Source of the DNA: Zeimonas sp.
GTDB lineage: Bacteria; Pseudomonadota; Gammaproteobacteria; Burkholderiales; Burkholderiaceae_E
Direction of reading: 5' to 3'
DNA length: 45,821 nt
Assembly (NCBI GenBank): GCA_035303885.1
Contig: DATGRE010000191.1
Span: 1 to 45,821, forward strand
Of this stretch, positions 19,779 to 29,363 are shown piece after piece. Each line of letters starts with the position of its first letter. The first letter of the stretch is position 1. The notes below the pieces were generated by a model, which saw nothing but the letters and a program-made list of their open reading frames with translations, was not told the origin of the DNA and ran no database searches. The position numbers and the translations under genes were made by a program.

Positions 19779-22007
19779 TCAGTGCACCCATTGCGGTCCG
19801 TTGCGCGCCTCGGTCGCGCGGCGCGCCAGCGAGGCGACGTCCAGGATCAGCGCGACGCGTCCGTCGCCGAGAATGGTCGCGCCCGAGATGCCGTCGACGC
19901 GCCGGTAGTTCGCCTCGAGGTTCTTGACGACGACCTGCTGCTGGCCGACGAGCGCGTCGACGACCAGGGCGGCACGCCGGCCCTCGCTCTCGACGACGAC
20001 CATGATCGGCATCTCGACCGGCCGGCCGTCGGACGGCACCGCGAAGACCTGCTTGAGGTCGACGACCGGCAGGTATTCGTCGCGCACCTGCACGACCTGT
20101 CCGCCGCCGCCGATCGTACGGATCGTCGCATCGCGCAACTGGAACGATTCGACGACCGAGGCGAGCGGGATGATGTAGCAGTCGCGGCCGACCGCTACGC
20201 TCATCCCGTCCATGATCGCGAGCGTGAGCGGCAGGCGCACCTTCACGCTCGTCCCGCGCCCTTCGCAGGAATCGATCTCGACCGTGCCGCCGAGCGCGAC
20301 GATGTTCTTCTTCACGACATCCATGCCGACGCCGCGCCCGGAAATGTCGGTGACCTCGCTCGCCGTCGAGAAGCCCGGCGCGAAGACCAGGTTCCACACC
20401 TCGGCGTCCGACATCGTGTCCGGCGCGTCGAGTCCGCGTTCGCGCGCCTTGGCGAGCAGGCGCGAGCGCGACAGCCCACGACCGTCGTCGCACACCTCGA
20501 TGACGATCGAGCCGCCCTGGTGCGAGGCGGACAGCGAGATCGTCCCCGTCTCCGCCTTGCCGTTGGCCACGCGTTCGTGCGGCAGCTCGATGCCGTGATC
20601 GCAGCTGTTGCGTACGAGGTGCGTGAGCGGGTCGATGATCTTCTCGATCACGCCCTTGTCGAGCTCGGTCGCCTCGCCGCGCGTGACGAAATCGACCTTC
20701 TTGCCCAGCCGGTTCGCGAGATCGCGCAGCATGCGCGGAAAGCGGTTGAAGACGACCGACATCGGAATCATCCGAATCGACATCACCGATTCCTGCAGGT
20801 TGCGCGTATTGCGCTCCAGATCGGCGAGTCCGGCCGCCATCTGCTCCTGCGCCACCCCGTCCAGCCGCAGCGCATTCTGCGCGAGCATCGCCTGCGTGAT
20901 CACGAGCTCGCCGACGAGGTTGATCAGCTGGTCGACCTTGTCCACCGAGACGCGCAGCGTCGAGGTCTCGGCGACGGCCGCGCGCGACGACGCGGTCGGG
21001 GCACGGCGGTCGACCGTCATCGCGGCGGCGGGCTCGATCGCCGCCGGCGCGGCTTCCATTACGTGCGGATCGACGGACGATTCGGCGACGGGGTCCTCGG
21101 CGGGCGGCTGCGCATCCGGCGAGGTTTCCGCCGGTGCGCCGGGGGCGCCTTCGTGAAAGCCGTAGCCGTCGGAGATCGGCTGCAGCCGCACGCATTCCCG
21201 GTCGACGTGGAAAGTGAACAGGTCGATCAGCTCGTCGTCGGAGCTCGTCGTGCAGACGCGGAAGCGCCGCATGCCGTCGGCCGCCTGCCCCGCGTCGAGG
21301 CGCTCGATCGTCCCCAGGCCCTCGATCTCGCCGAAGAGCTCGAAGAGCTGGTCGGCCTGCTCGGGCCGTTCCAGCGGTCCGACGACGAGCTCGAGCACCC
21401 GTGGTGCGACGTTCGCCGGCGCCGGTTCGGACGGCTCGGCGGCCTGATCCGCGTCTGCCGCCGAAGCCGGCTGCTCCGGGGCTTCGCCACCGTCACCGGC
21501 ACCCGGCGCGTCCACGCTCGCTTCGGCAGGCGGATGCGGCTCGTTCGAGGGCCCGGCGGACGGCACCGGACCGACCGCACCCGCTTCGCCTTCGGCGAGC
21601 GCACGCAGGCGCGCGCGCAGCGGGCGATCGTCGATGCCCGCCGCTTCCAGGCCGGAACGATATCGATCGAGATGGGCACGCATCGCGTCGCCCGACTGCA
21701 GCAGCACGTCGACCATCTCGACGTTGGGCGCGAGCTCGCGCCGGCGCAGACGATCGAGCAGCGTCTCCATGTCGTGCGTGAGCTCGGCGAGATCGGTGAA
21801 GCCGAAGGTGGCGGCGCCGCCCTTCACCGAATGCGCACAGCGGAAGATCGCGTTCAGCGTCTCGTCGTCCGCCGCCTCGAGATCGATGTCGAGCAGCAGC
21901 TGCTCCATGCGCTCGAGGTTCTCGGCGGCCTCCTCGAAGAAGACCTGGAAGAACTGGCTGAGATCGAAGGAGCCGCCGGTTCCCGACGCGGAAGTCGTCT
22001 CGCTCAT
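19779..22007 (-). CDS. cheA: Chemotaxis histidine kinase CheA
   Basis: Hpt IFRCAHSVKGG, LINLVGELVI, HLVRNSCDHGIE, SGRGVGMDVV, CheW-like C-terminus. Confidence 0.98.
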   Translation of the reverse strand: MSETTSASGTGGSFDLSQFFQVFFEEAAENLERMEQLLLDIDLEAADDETLNAIFRCAHSVKGGAATFGFTDLAELTHDMETLLDRLRRRELAPNVEMVDVLLQSGDAMRAHLDRYRSGLEAAGIDDRPLRARLRALAEGEAGAVGPVPSAGPSNEPHPPAEASVDAPGAGDGGEAPEQPASAADADQAAEPSEPAPANVAPRVLELVVGPLERPEQADQLFELFGEIEGLGTIERLDAGQAADGMRRFRVCTTSSDDELIDLFTFHVDRECVRLQPISDGYGFHEGAPGAPAETSPDAQPPAEDPVAESSVDPHVMEAAPAAIEPAAAMTVDRRAPTASSRAAVAETSTLRVSVDKVDQLINLVGELVITQAMLAQNALRLDGVAQEQMAAGLADLERNTRNLQESVMSIRMIPMSVVFNRFPRMLRDLANRLGKKVDFVTRGEATELDKGVIEKIIDPLTHLVRNSCDHGIELPHERVANGKAETGTISLSASHQGGSIVIEVCDDGRGLSRSRLLAKARERGLDAPDTMSDAEVWNLVFAPGFSTASEVTDISGRGVGMDVVKKNIVALGGTVEIDSCEGRGTSVKVRLPLTLAIMDGMSVAVGRDCYIIPLASVVESFQLRDATIRTIGGGGQVVQVRDEYLPVVDLKQVFAVPSDGRPVEMPIMVVVESEGRRAALVVDALVGQQQVVVKNLEANYRRVDGISGATILGDGRVALILDVASLARRATEARNGPQWVH

Positions 22008-22384
22008 TGCCGCCTCCCCGCCTCCGGCATGACCTTGCGGATCACCTCGATCAGCTTCGCCGGGTCGAAGGGCTTGACCATCCAGCCGGTCGCCCCGGCC
22101 TCGCGTCCGGCACGCTTCATCTCGTCGCCCGATTCGGTGGTGAGGATGAGGATCGGCGTGGCGCGGTACTGCGGCAGCTCGCGCAGCTTGCGCGTCAGTC
22201 CGATGCCGTCCAGGCGCGGCATGTTCTGGTCGGTGAGCACCAGGTCGAAGCTGCGCGTGCTGGACTTGTCCCATGCGTCCTGCCCGTCGACGGCGACGAC
22301 GACGTCGTAGCCCGCGCCGCGCAGCGTGAACGAGACCATCTGCCGCATCGAGACCGAATCGTCCACCGCCAGAATCGTTTGCAT
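22004..22384 (-). CDS. cheY: Second CheY-like single-domain response regulator (upstream of cheA)
   Basis: ILAVDDSVSMRQMV, TDQNMPRLDG, ILILTTES, GWMVKPF. Confidence 0.92.
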   Translation of the reverse strand: MQTILAVDDSVSMRQMVSFTLRGAGYDVVVAVDGQDAWDKSSTRSFDLVLTDQNMPRLDGIGLTRKLRELPQYRATPILILTTESGDEMKRAGREAGATGWMVKPFDPAKLIEVIRKVMPEAGRRQ

Positions 22385-22409
22385 GCTCTTTTCCCCCGAA
22401 TCGCCGCAG

Positions 22410-22796
22410 TCAGCCGAACAGCTCGACCGACCCGGCATCCATCTCCGCGCACGTCACCGGATTCGCGCGCACGGGTGCCGGCTCGACGGCGGCCTCGCCC
22501 TCGTCGTCGGCGCCGAACGCGTCCTGTGCGAGCCGATCGGCGCAGTACTGCAAGCGCTTCCGGGTGTGCGCGATCAGCTGCACGCCGAGATCGTGGAACT
22601 GCATCGAGGTGACGGCCGTGCGCGCGTCGCCGCTCGTCGGCGACTGTTCCAGCGGCAGGATCGCCAGCAGCGACCCGAACGCGTCGTCGAGCAGATCGCG
22701 CAGTCGATCGAGGTCGTTGCACGCGGCAACCAGCCCCTCCTGTATATCGGCCACCAGGGCGAGCGGCAGCGCGCCGTTCGTCGGTTCGTCGTGCAT
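22410..22796 (-). CDS. Small helical chemotaxis-operon protein with a CheZ-like QFHDxxxQ motif
   Basis: 128 aa ORF filling the cheB-cheY gap in operon orientation; TSMQFHDLGVQL; ends AGSVELFG. Confidence 0.8.
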   Translation of the reverse strand: MHDEPTNGALPLALVADIQEGLVAACNDLDRLRDLLDDAFGSLLAILPLEQSPTSGDARTAVTSMQFHDLGVQLIAHTRKRLQYCADRLAQDAFGADDEGEAAVEPAPVRANPVTCAEMDAGSVELFG

Positions 22797-22804
22797 CTGC
22801 GGTC

Positions 22805-23950
22805 TCACCCCACGTCCATGGGCACCGGCACGCCGGCGCGCCCGCTGCGAATGCGTTCGACGAGGCGCGGCCCGATCGCCGACAGCGCAAGCACCTCGTG
22901 CGCGGCGCCGTGCGCGATCGCCTCGCGCGGCATCCCGAAGATCACGCAGCTCTTTTCGTCCTGCGCGAGATTCCAGCTTCCGGCGTCGCGCATCTCGCGC
23001 ATCGCCTTCGCCCCGTCGGCCCCCATGCCGGTCAGCATCACGCCGATCGCGTTGGGCCCGACGACGCGCGCGGCGGAGCGGAACAGCACCTCGACCGAAG
23101 GGCGATGACGGTTCACCGGCTCGCTCTCGTCGACGCGCGCGACGTAGTTCGCGCCGCTGCGCTCCACGGAGAGATGCAGCCCGCCCGGGGCGATGTACGC
23201 GTGCCCCGGCAGGATCCGCTCGCCGTTCACCGCCTCCTTCACGGCGATGCGGCACAGCGAATCGAGGCGCGCGGCGTAGCTCCGGGTGAAGCCCGCCGGC
23301 ATGTGCTGCGTGACGAGCACCGCCGGGAAATCGGCGGGCAGGTGCGCCAGCACTTCGCGCGTCGCTTCGGTGCCGCCGGTGGAGGCACCGATGAAGACGA
23401 GCTTCTCCGTCGTCAGCCATCGGCGCACGCCACCGCCCTGCGCCGGCACCGCGCCGCCCGCCGCTACGGCCTCGCGCGGCGCGGGCGCGCCGCCCGCGGC
23501 CGGGGCAGCCGTCGTCCTTCGCGGCGCACGCAAGCGCGCGTGCGACGCGATCCGGATCTTCTCGACGATCTCGTCGGCGAGCGCCTCCAGGCCGCCGGCG
23601 ACGCCGATGCGCGGCTTCGCCACGAAATCGACCGCGCCCAGCTCGAGCGCCTGCAAGGTCACGTCGGCACCACGCTCGGTGAGCGTCGAGACCATCACCA
23701 CCGGCATCGGCCGCAGCCGCATCAGGCGGCCGAGGAAATCGAGCCCGTCCATGCGCGGCATCTCGACGTCCAGCGTGAGCACGTCGGGGTCGAGCTTGCG
23801 GATCATCTCGCGCGCGATCAGCGGGTCGCCGGCCGCGCCGACGCACTCGAGATCGGGCTGGCGGTCGATGATCTGCGTGAGCAGGCTGCGCACGAGCGCG
23901 GAATCGTCGACGACGAGCACGCGGATCCTGCGGCCGCCGGCGGCGGTCAT
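22805..23950 (-). CDS. cheB: Chemotaxis methylesterase CheB (REC + esterase)
   Basis: [37 protein letters not shown]. Confidence 0.98.
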   Translation of the reverse strand: MTAAGGRRIRVLVVDDSALVRSLLTQIIDRQPDLECVGAAGDPLIAREMIRKLDPDVLTLDVEMPRMDGLDFLGRLMRLRPMPVVMVSTLTERGADVTLQALELGAVDFVAKPRIGVAGGLEALADEIVEKIRIASHARLRAPRRTTAAPAAGGAPAPREAVAAGGAVPAQGGGVRRWLTTEKLVFIGASTGGTEATREVLAHLPADFPAVLVTQHMPAGFTRSYAARLDSLCRIAVKEAVNGERILPGHAYIAPGGLHLSVERSGANYVARVDESEPVNRHRPSVEVLFRSAARVVGPNAIGVMLTGMGADGAKAMREMRDAGSWNLAQDEKSCVIFGMPREAIAHGAAHEVLALSAIGPRLVERIRSGRAGVPVPMDVG

Positions 23951-24657
23951 GCGCGTCTCCCCTGGCGCACGTCGACGAAGAGCTCGACGCTTCCGCCTTC
24001 GCTGGCCGTCGGCCGCGCCCGCTGCGCCGCCGTGCGCTCCTGCTGCAGCAACACCGACGGATCGCTGGGACGCAGCCGCTTGACCACCACGCGACCGCTC
24101 GCCGGCATGAAGCACACCTTGCGCGGATGCACGTCCAGCACGTCGCGGCTCACCACCGGAATGCGCTCGGTCTGCAGGTAGTCGAGCACGAAGCGCGTGT
24201 TGCGCTCGCCGACGTTGATCGTGTCCATCCCGGCGATCACCTGCGCGCCGCCGAACACCTTCGCCTCCAGCGCTGAGCGCGAAGCGCCCCGGCGCAGCAT
24301 CTCGTTGATCAGCAGCTCCATCGCGAAGGAGCCGTAGCGTCCGTCGCCGGCAGCGCCCTCGGGGAGCATGAAGTGGTTGAGCCCCCCGATGCGCCGCTCG
24401 CGGTCCCACAGGCAGGCAGCGATGCACGAGCCGAGCGTCGTCATGATCAGCAGATCGTCGTCGTGCACGAAGTACTCGCCCGGGAGCACCTTGACCGCAT
24501 CGCTGCCGAACTGGGTGTCGTACCAGAAGAACGACGCCTCGCCGGGCCGGCGCGGCGCGGCGCGCAGCTGCGCGAGACGCGAGACGCGCGATGGGTTCGA
24601 AGCCGACGGGTGCGCGCCGCGGCTCGGCTCGATCGCTGTGCGGACCTGCGCCGTCAT
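23947..24657 (-). CDS. cheD: Chemoreceptor glutamine deamidase CheD
   Basis: [38 protein letters not shown]. Confidence 0.96.
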   Translation of the reverse strand: MTAQVRTAIEPSRGAHPSASNPSRVSRLAQLRAAPRRPGEASFFWYDTQFGSDAVKVLPGEYFVHDDDLLIMTTLGSCIAACLWDRERRIGGLNHFMLPEGAAGDGRYGSFAMELLINEMLRRGASRSALEAKVFGGAQVIAGMDTINVGERNTRFVLDYLQTERIPVVSRDVLDVHPRKVCFMPASGRVVVKRLRPSDPSVLLQQERTAAQRARPTASEGGSVELFVDVRQGRRA

Positions 24658-25517
24658 TCGCGCACGTACACCGTCTTGCCCAGCGGGCGGAACAGGTCGC
24701 TCGAGCCGGCGAAGTTCTCCGAGTGGCCCGCGAACAGCCAGCCGCCCGGAGCCATCGCCGCATGGATGCGCTCGAGAACGCGGCGCTGCGTCGCCGAATC
24801 GAAATAGATCATTACGTTGCGGCAGAAGACGAAGTCCGCCGGCTCGTCCAGCACCCAGCGACCATCGGTCAGGTTCAGCGTACGAAAGGAGACGAGTCGC
24901 CGCAGCTCCGGACGAACGCGCACGAATCCCTGGTTCGGACCCGTACCGCGCAGGAAATGGCGACGCAGCCGCTCGGTGCTCAGCCCGCCGGCATCGGCGC
25001 GATAGACGCCCTGCTCGGCGCTCGCCAGCACCTTCGTATTGATGTCGCTGCAGAGGATGCGCACGTCGGCGCCCGGGCCGAGCGTCTCGACGACGGTCAT
25101 CGCCAGCGAGTACGGCTCCTCTCCGGTGGACGCCGCGCTGCACCAGATGCGCAGCCGCGTCCGGGCGCGCCGGCGCAATTCGTCGGCGAGCATCTCGAAA
25201 TGGTGTTCCTCCCGGAAGAACGCCGTGAGGTTCGTCGTGAGGCAGTTCACGAACTCCTGCCACTCGGCCTCGGCCCGGGGGTCGCCCGAGCGCTCGAGCC
25301 AGTCGAGGTAGCTGGCGAAGCTCGAATGACCGAGCGCGCGCAGGCGGCGCGACAGCCGGCTGTAGACCATCGCCTGCTTCGCGGCACCAAGATGGATGCC
25401 CGCCCGCTCGCGGATCAGCGCGCGGACCCGATCGAAATCCTTTCGGTCGATCGCGAAATCGCCTCGCCCGGCCGGCAATGGTGCCGGACCAGACGGAACG
25501 GAGAAAGCGGCGCGCAT
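24654..25517 (-). CDS. cheR: Chemotaxis methyltransferase CheR
   Basis: [43 protein letters not shown]. Confidence 0.97.
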   Translation of the reverse strand: MRAAFSVPSGPAPLPAGRGDFAIDRKDFDRVRALIRERAGIHLGAAKQAMVYSRLSRRLRALGHSSFASYLDWLERSGDPRAEAEWQEFVNCLTTNLTAFFREEHHFEMLADELRRRARTRLRIWCSAASTGEEPYSLAMTVVETLGPGADVRILCSDINTKVLASAEQGVYRADAGGLSTERLRRHFLRGTGPNQGFVRVRPELRRLVSFRTLNLTDGRWVLDEPADFVFCRNVMIYFDSATQRRVLERIHAAMAPGGWLFAGHSENFAGSSDLFRPLGKTVYVRE

Positions 25518-25575
25518 TCGGACTGGTGAACAAAACGGTCGGCAGCGGCCGAGCGGACGGACGCCTGCTGTCCGG

Positions 25576-25602
25576 TTATCGGCACGAAACGCTTCAGCTG
25601 TA
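25576..25602 (-). promoter_or_regulatory. Sigma-28 (FliA) promoter of the che operon
   Basis: Minus strand TACA-N15-GCCGATAA; shares GCCGATAACCGG with the fliS promoter. Confidence 0.8.
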
Positions 25603-25726
25603 GGGTTGCGGCGATTCTCGTCGTCGGCTTCGCGACACGATGCCCCGAACAGCACGGGGAAGACCGTACAATTCCGCTGTCCCGGCCCCGCCCCTTCGTG
25701 ACTTGAACGCCGACATCTCCGGAACG

Positions 25727-26845
25727 TTGAACATCGACACGTCCGAAGCGAGCGACGAAGTGCATGTCTTCCGTCTGCTCGTCCTGGAGGACTCTCAGCT
25801 CGATTTCGAGCTGCTGATGGCGACGCTGGACCGCGACGGGCTGCCGGTGACCGCCCGTCGGATCGAAACGCGCGAACAGCTGCTCGAGGCGCTCCGGTCC
25901 GAAGCATGGGATGCGGTGATCGCCGACCACCAGCTGCCCGGATTCACCGGCACCGACGCGCTGCAGCTGGTGCGGGCGGCCGATCGCACCCTGCCCTTCC
26001 TGATCGTCTCCGGAACCCTGGGCGAAGAGGCGGCGGTGGCGGCGATGCGCCAGGGCGCCGACGATTACCTGGTCAAGGGGCGCCTCGCCCGGCTGGCGCC
26101 GGCGCTGCTGAACGCGATGGCGCTCGCACGGGCGCGCCGCGAGCGCGAGCGCGCGGCACACGCACTGGAACGTTCCGAACGCCGGCTCCACGAGCTCTAC
26201 AGCCACCTGCAGTCGGTCGTCGACGACGAGCGCGCCGCCATAGCGCGCGAGATCCACGACGACATCGGCGGGATGCTCACGACCCTGCGCTTCGACCTCG
26301 CGTGGATCGAGCGACACGGCGACGCCGCTTCGGGCGAACGTGCGCGGCATGCGCTGCACACCGTCGTGCGCATCATGCAGACGGCGCAGCGCATCCAGCG
26401 CAATCTGCGTCCGCCGGTGCTCGATGCCGGCCTGCTCGAGGCGATGGCCTGGCAGATCGCCGAATTCCGGCGCAGCACGGGCATCGACGTGAAGTTCTCG
26501 CGCAACGTCACCGCGGTGGAGCTCGACGATGCGCGCGCGATGACCGTCTATCGCTGCCTGCAGGAGTCGCTGACCAACGTGGCAAGGCACGCGAACGCGC
26601 GCAGGGTCCGCGTCGACCTCATCGTCGGAGCGGACGAGCTATCGCTCGAAATCGCCGACGACGGCATCGGCCTGCCGCCGAAGGCACTCGAGAAGGCGGG
26701 GTCGTTCGGGCTGCGCGGGCTGTCCGAACGCGCCCGTCGCGTGGGCGGCTGGATCGACGTGTCGCCCGGCGAGCGCGGAACCTGCGTGCTGCTGTCGATA
26801 CCGCTCGCCGACCGCACGGCCGAAGCGGCGGAGGCGGCGGCATGA
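25727..26845 (+). CDS. Hybrid receiver-histidine kinase (REC + HisKA_3 + HATPase)
   Basis: LVLEDS...VIADHQLPG receiver, AREIHDDIGG H-box, QESLTNVARHA, DDGIG, SFGLRG. Start uncertain (25640-25760). Confidence 0.92.
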   Translation: MNIDTSEASDEVHVFRLLVLEDSQLDFELLMATLDRDGLPVTARRIETREQLLEALRSEAWDAVIADHQLPGFTGTDALQLVRAADRTLPFLIVSGTLGEEAAVAAMRQGADDYLVKGRLARLAPALLNAMALARARRERERAAHALERSERRLHELYSHLQSVVDDERAAIAREIHDDIGGMLTTLRFDLAWIERHGDAASGERARHALHTVVRIMQTAQRIQRNLRPPVLDAGLLEAMAWQIAEFRRSTGIDVKFSRNVTAVELDDARAMTVYRCLQESLTNVARHANARRVRVDLIVGADELSLEIADDGIGLPPKALEKAGSFGLRGLSERARRVGGWIDVSPGERGTCVLLSIPLADRTAEAAEAAA

Positions 26846-27474
26846 TCCGCGTCGTGCTCGTCGACGATCACGCGATGATCCGGCGCGGCCTGCGCGAGAC
26901 GCTCGCCGAGGCCGGCGACATCGAGATCGTCGGCGAAGCGGGCGACTACGCGTCGCTGCGCAGCCTGCTGCGCGAAACGCGGGCCGACGTGATCGTGCTC
27001 GACCTGAACTTGCCCGGGCGCGGCGGCATCGACGTGCTCAAGGCGCTCGCCGGCGACGACGACGCGCCGCGCGTCGTCGTGCTGTCGCAATACCCGGAAG
27101 ACCAGTACGCGATCCGCGCACTGCGCAATGGAGCGATGGCGTACCTGAACAAGACGACCGAACCGGCGCAGATCGTCGAAGCGGTGCGAGCCGTCGCCAC
27201 GGGCCGCAAGCACCTGACGCCGGAAGTCGCGCAGCTGCTGCTCGACACCGTCACCGGTACCGGCGGCGGTGCGCGCCACGAGCAGCTGTCCGATCGCGAG
27301 CTGCAGACGCTGCTGCTCATCGCCTCGGGGCGCCGGCTGTCGGAGATCGCGGCGGCGTTGACGCTGTCGCCGAAGACGGTGAGCGTGTACCGCGCCCGCG
27401 TACTCGAGAAGCTCGGCGTCTCGACGAACGCCGAGCTCGCGTCCTATGCGTTGCGTCACGGATTGATCGAGTAG
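26842..27474 (+). CDS. NarL/UhpA-family response regulator (REC + LuxR HTH)
   Basis: LVDDHAMIRRG, LDLNLPG, LSDRE...LSPKTVSVYRARVLEKL; ATGA overlap with the kinase. Confidence 0.95.
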   Translation: MIRVVLVDDHAMIRRGLRETLAEAGDIEIVGEAGDYASLRSLLRETRADVIVLDLNLPGRGGIDVLKALAGDDDAPRVVVLSQYPEDQYAIRALRNGAMAYLNKTTEPAQIVEAVRAVATGRKHLTPEVAQLLLDTVTGTGGGARHEQLSDRELQTLLLIASGRRLSEIAAALTLSPKTVSVYRARVLEKLGVSTNAELASYALRHGLIE

Positions 27475-27476
27475 CC

Positions 27477-29354
27477 ATGCGCGGATCCGCCGCGGGCGCC
27501 ACCACCCGGATCAGCGCGCGCGCCTTCGCGGCCTGCGCAGCGCTCGCCACCGTGCTCGCCTTCCCGCCGATCGGATTCGCGATCGACCGCCTCGCCGGCT
27601 CCGACGCGACGGACGGAGTCGCCGACGCGTCGTTTCCCTGGCTCGCCCTGTTCGCTTCGAGCGCGCTGGCTCTCGTCGCGCTCGGCTTCGCCCTGCTCGC
27701 GTGGCTGCGCTGGACACGCACCGAAGCCGAATTCGATGCCCTCGTCGCAACCGCACGGCGGCTGGCGATCGGTGAGCGCGGATTGCGCGCGAGTCCCCGG
27801 ACCGCCGCGCTCGAGCCGCTCGCCGGCGCGCTGAACCGGCTCGGCGCGCTGAACGAGTCGGCCGAGGAGATGCTCGTCGATCGCGACCGGCAGCTCGCCG
27901 TGCTGCGCCGGCACGCGCAGCTCGCGTACTGGGAGAGCGACCGCGACGGACGACTGCAGCGCATCGAATTCGAGCCGTCGTGGCCGAACGCCGAACGTTG
28001 CGCGCCGATCGGCCGACTGCTGTTCGAGGAGGCGCGGCCGCTCGAGCGTGACGCATGGCAGGCAGCCCTCGAAGCGTTCGCCGCGCGCCGCCCATACGCC
28101 GATCTCGTTCTCGAGCGTCGCACGGCCGACGGCGGGACGATCCGCGTGATCGAATCGGGCGAACCCCGTTTCGCCGCAGACGGGTCCTTCATCGGCTATT
28201 GCGGGACGCGACGTCGCATCGCAGCCTCCGTCACCCTGCGCCATTCGGCGCTGCAGACGGCGGTCGAGACCGGTGCGCAACCGGCATTCGTCGTCTCGCG
28301 CGGCATCTGGCCGCTGAAGATCGTCGCGCTGAACGCGGCCGCACGCGCGCTCGTCGACGCGCCCGACGCCGCCGACGCACCGACGACGATCGAGCGCGTG
28401 CTCGATCCGGACGACGGCGACGCGGCGCGCGAGCTGCAGAAAGCCGTCACGCTGCGCGCACCGCTGCGCCAGCGCGCGACGATCCGGGACCGATACGGCG
28501 AACGTGCCGAGGCGATCGCACGGCTCGAGCCGATCGATGGCGGAACCGATGCCTTCGTCCTCGTGCTCGACGTGCAGGAAGCGCAGCAAGAACGGCTGCA
28601 TGCCGCGGCCGAAGCCGCGGAGACGCTGCGCACGAAGGTGCGCGAGCTCGAACGCCGGGCACACCAGCTCGACAGCTTCGCGTGGAGCGTTTCGCACGAT
28701 CTGCGCGCGCCGCTGCGCGCCGTCGACGGATTCGCCCGCCTCGTGCTCGAGGATCCCGCCTCGGGCCTCGGCGACGTCGCGCGCGCACATCTGCAGCGCG
28801 TCCTCGACGCCAGTGCACGCATGGAGCGGATGATCGACGCGCTGATGGCGCTGGCGCGCTCGACGACGCAGCCGATGCAACCGATGCGCGTCGACCTCGG
28901 CCGGCTCGCACAGGACATCGCACACGACCTGATGCGCTCGCATCCGGAGCGCTCGGTGATGATCCACTGCGAACCGTCGCTCGTCGTGGACGGCGATCCC
29001 GACCTGCTGCGCATCCTGCTGCAGAACCTGCTCGAGAACGCGTGGAAATACACAGCGAACCGCGACGCCGCTTCGATCCGCTTCGACGCGTCGACCGACG
29101 CCCGCGGGCACACCTTGTACTGCGTCTCGGACAATGGCCGGGGCTTCGACGCGACGAACGCCGACCGGCTGTTCGCGCCGTTCCAGCGCCTGCATCCCGA
29201 AGCCGAAGTGCCGGGAACGGGCATCGGCCTGGCGATCGCGCGCCAGGTGGTACAGCGCCACGGCGGCACGATCTGGGCGGATTCGGCGCCGGGCGAGGGA
29301 AGCCGGTTCTACTTCACGATCGGAGAGGCGGGCGGCACGACGCAGCCGGTCTAG
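27477..29354 (+). CDS. Membrane sensor histidine kinase (TM, HAMP-like, PAS-like, HisKA, HATPase)
   Basis: VSHDLRAPLR, NLLENAWKYT, DNGRGFD, FQRLH, GTGIGLA. Confidence 0.93.
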   Translation: MRGSAAGATTRISARAFAACAALATVLAFPPIGFAIDRLAGSDATDGVADASFPWLALFASSALALVALGFALLAWLRWTRTEAEFDALVATARRLAIGERGLRASPRTAALEPLAGALNRLGALNESAEEMLVDRDRQLAVLRRHAQLAYWESDRDGRLQRIEFEPSWPNAERCAPIGRLLFEEARPLERDAWQAALEAFAARRPYADLVLERRTADGGTIRVIESGEPRFAADGSFIGYCGTRRRIAASVTLRHSALQTAVETGAQPAFVVSRGIWPLKIVALNAAARALVDAPDAADAPTTIERVLDPDDGDAARELQKAVTLRAPLRQRATIRDRYGERAEAIARLEPIDGGTDAFVLVLDVQEAQQERLHAAAEAAETLRTKVRELERRAHQLDSFAWSVSHDLRAPLRAVDGFARLVLEDPASGLGDVARAHLQRVLDASARMERMIDALMALARSTTQPMQPMRVDLGRLAQDIAHDLMRSHPERSVMIHCEPSLVVDGDPDLLRILLQNLLENAWKYTANRDAASIRFDASTDARGHTLYCVSDNGRGFDATNADRLFAPFQRLHPEAEVPGTGIGLAIARQVVQRHGGTIWADSAPGEGSRFYFTIGEAGGTTQPV

Positions 29355-29363
29355 ATTTTCGGA

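Noticed and set aside
19755-19781. Possible internal sigma-28 promoter before cheW (minus strand TGAC-N15-TGCGATAA)
   Set aside because: Both boxes deviate from the consensus and from the two good sites in this window; too weak to call.
19101-22310. Long plus-strand ORFs antisense to cheA/cheW (and similar shadow ORFs throughout)
   Set aside because: These are antisense shadows of strongly biased high-GC coding sequence with no recognisable motifs.
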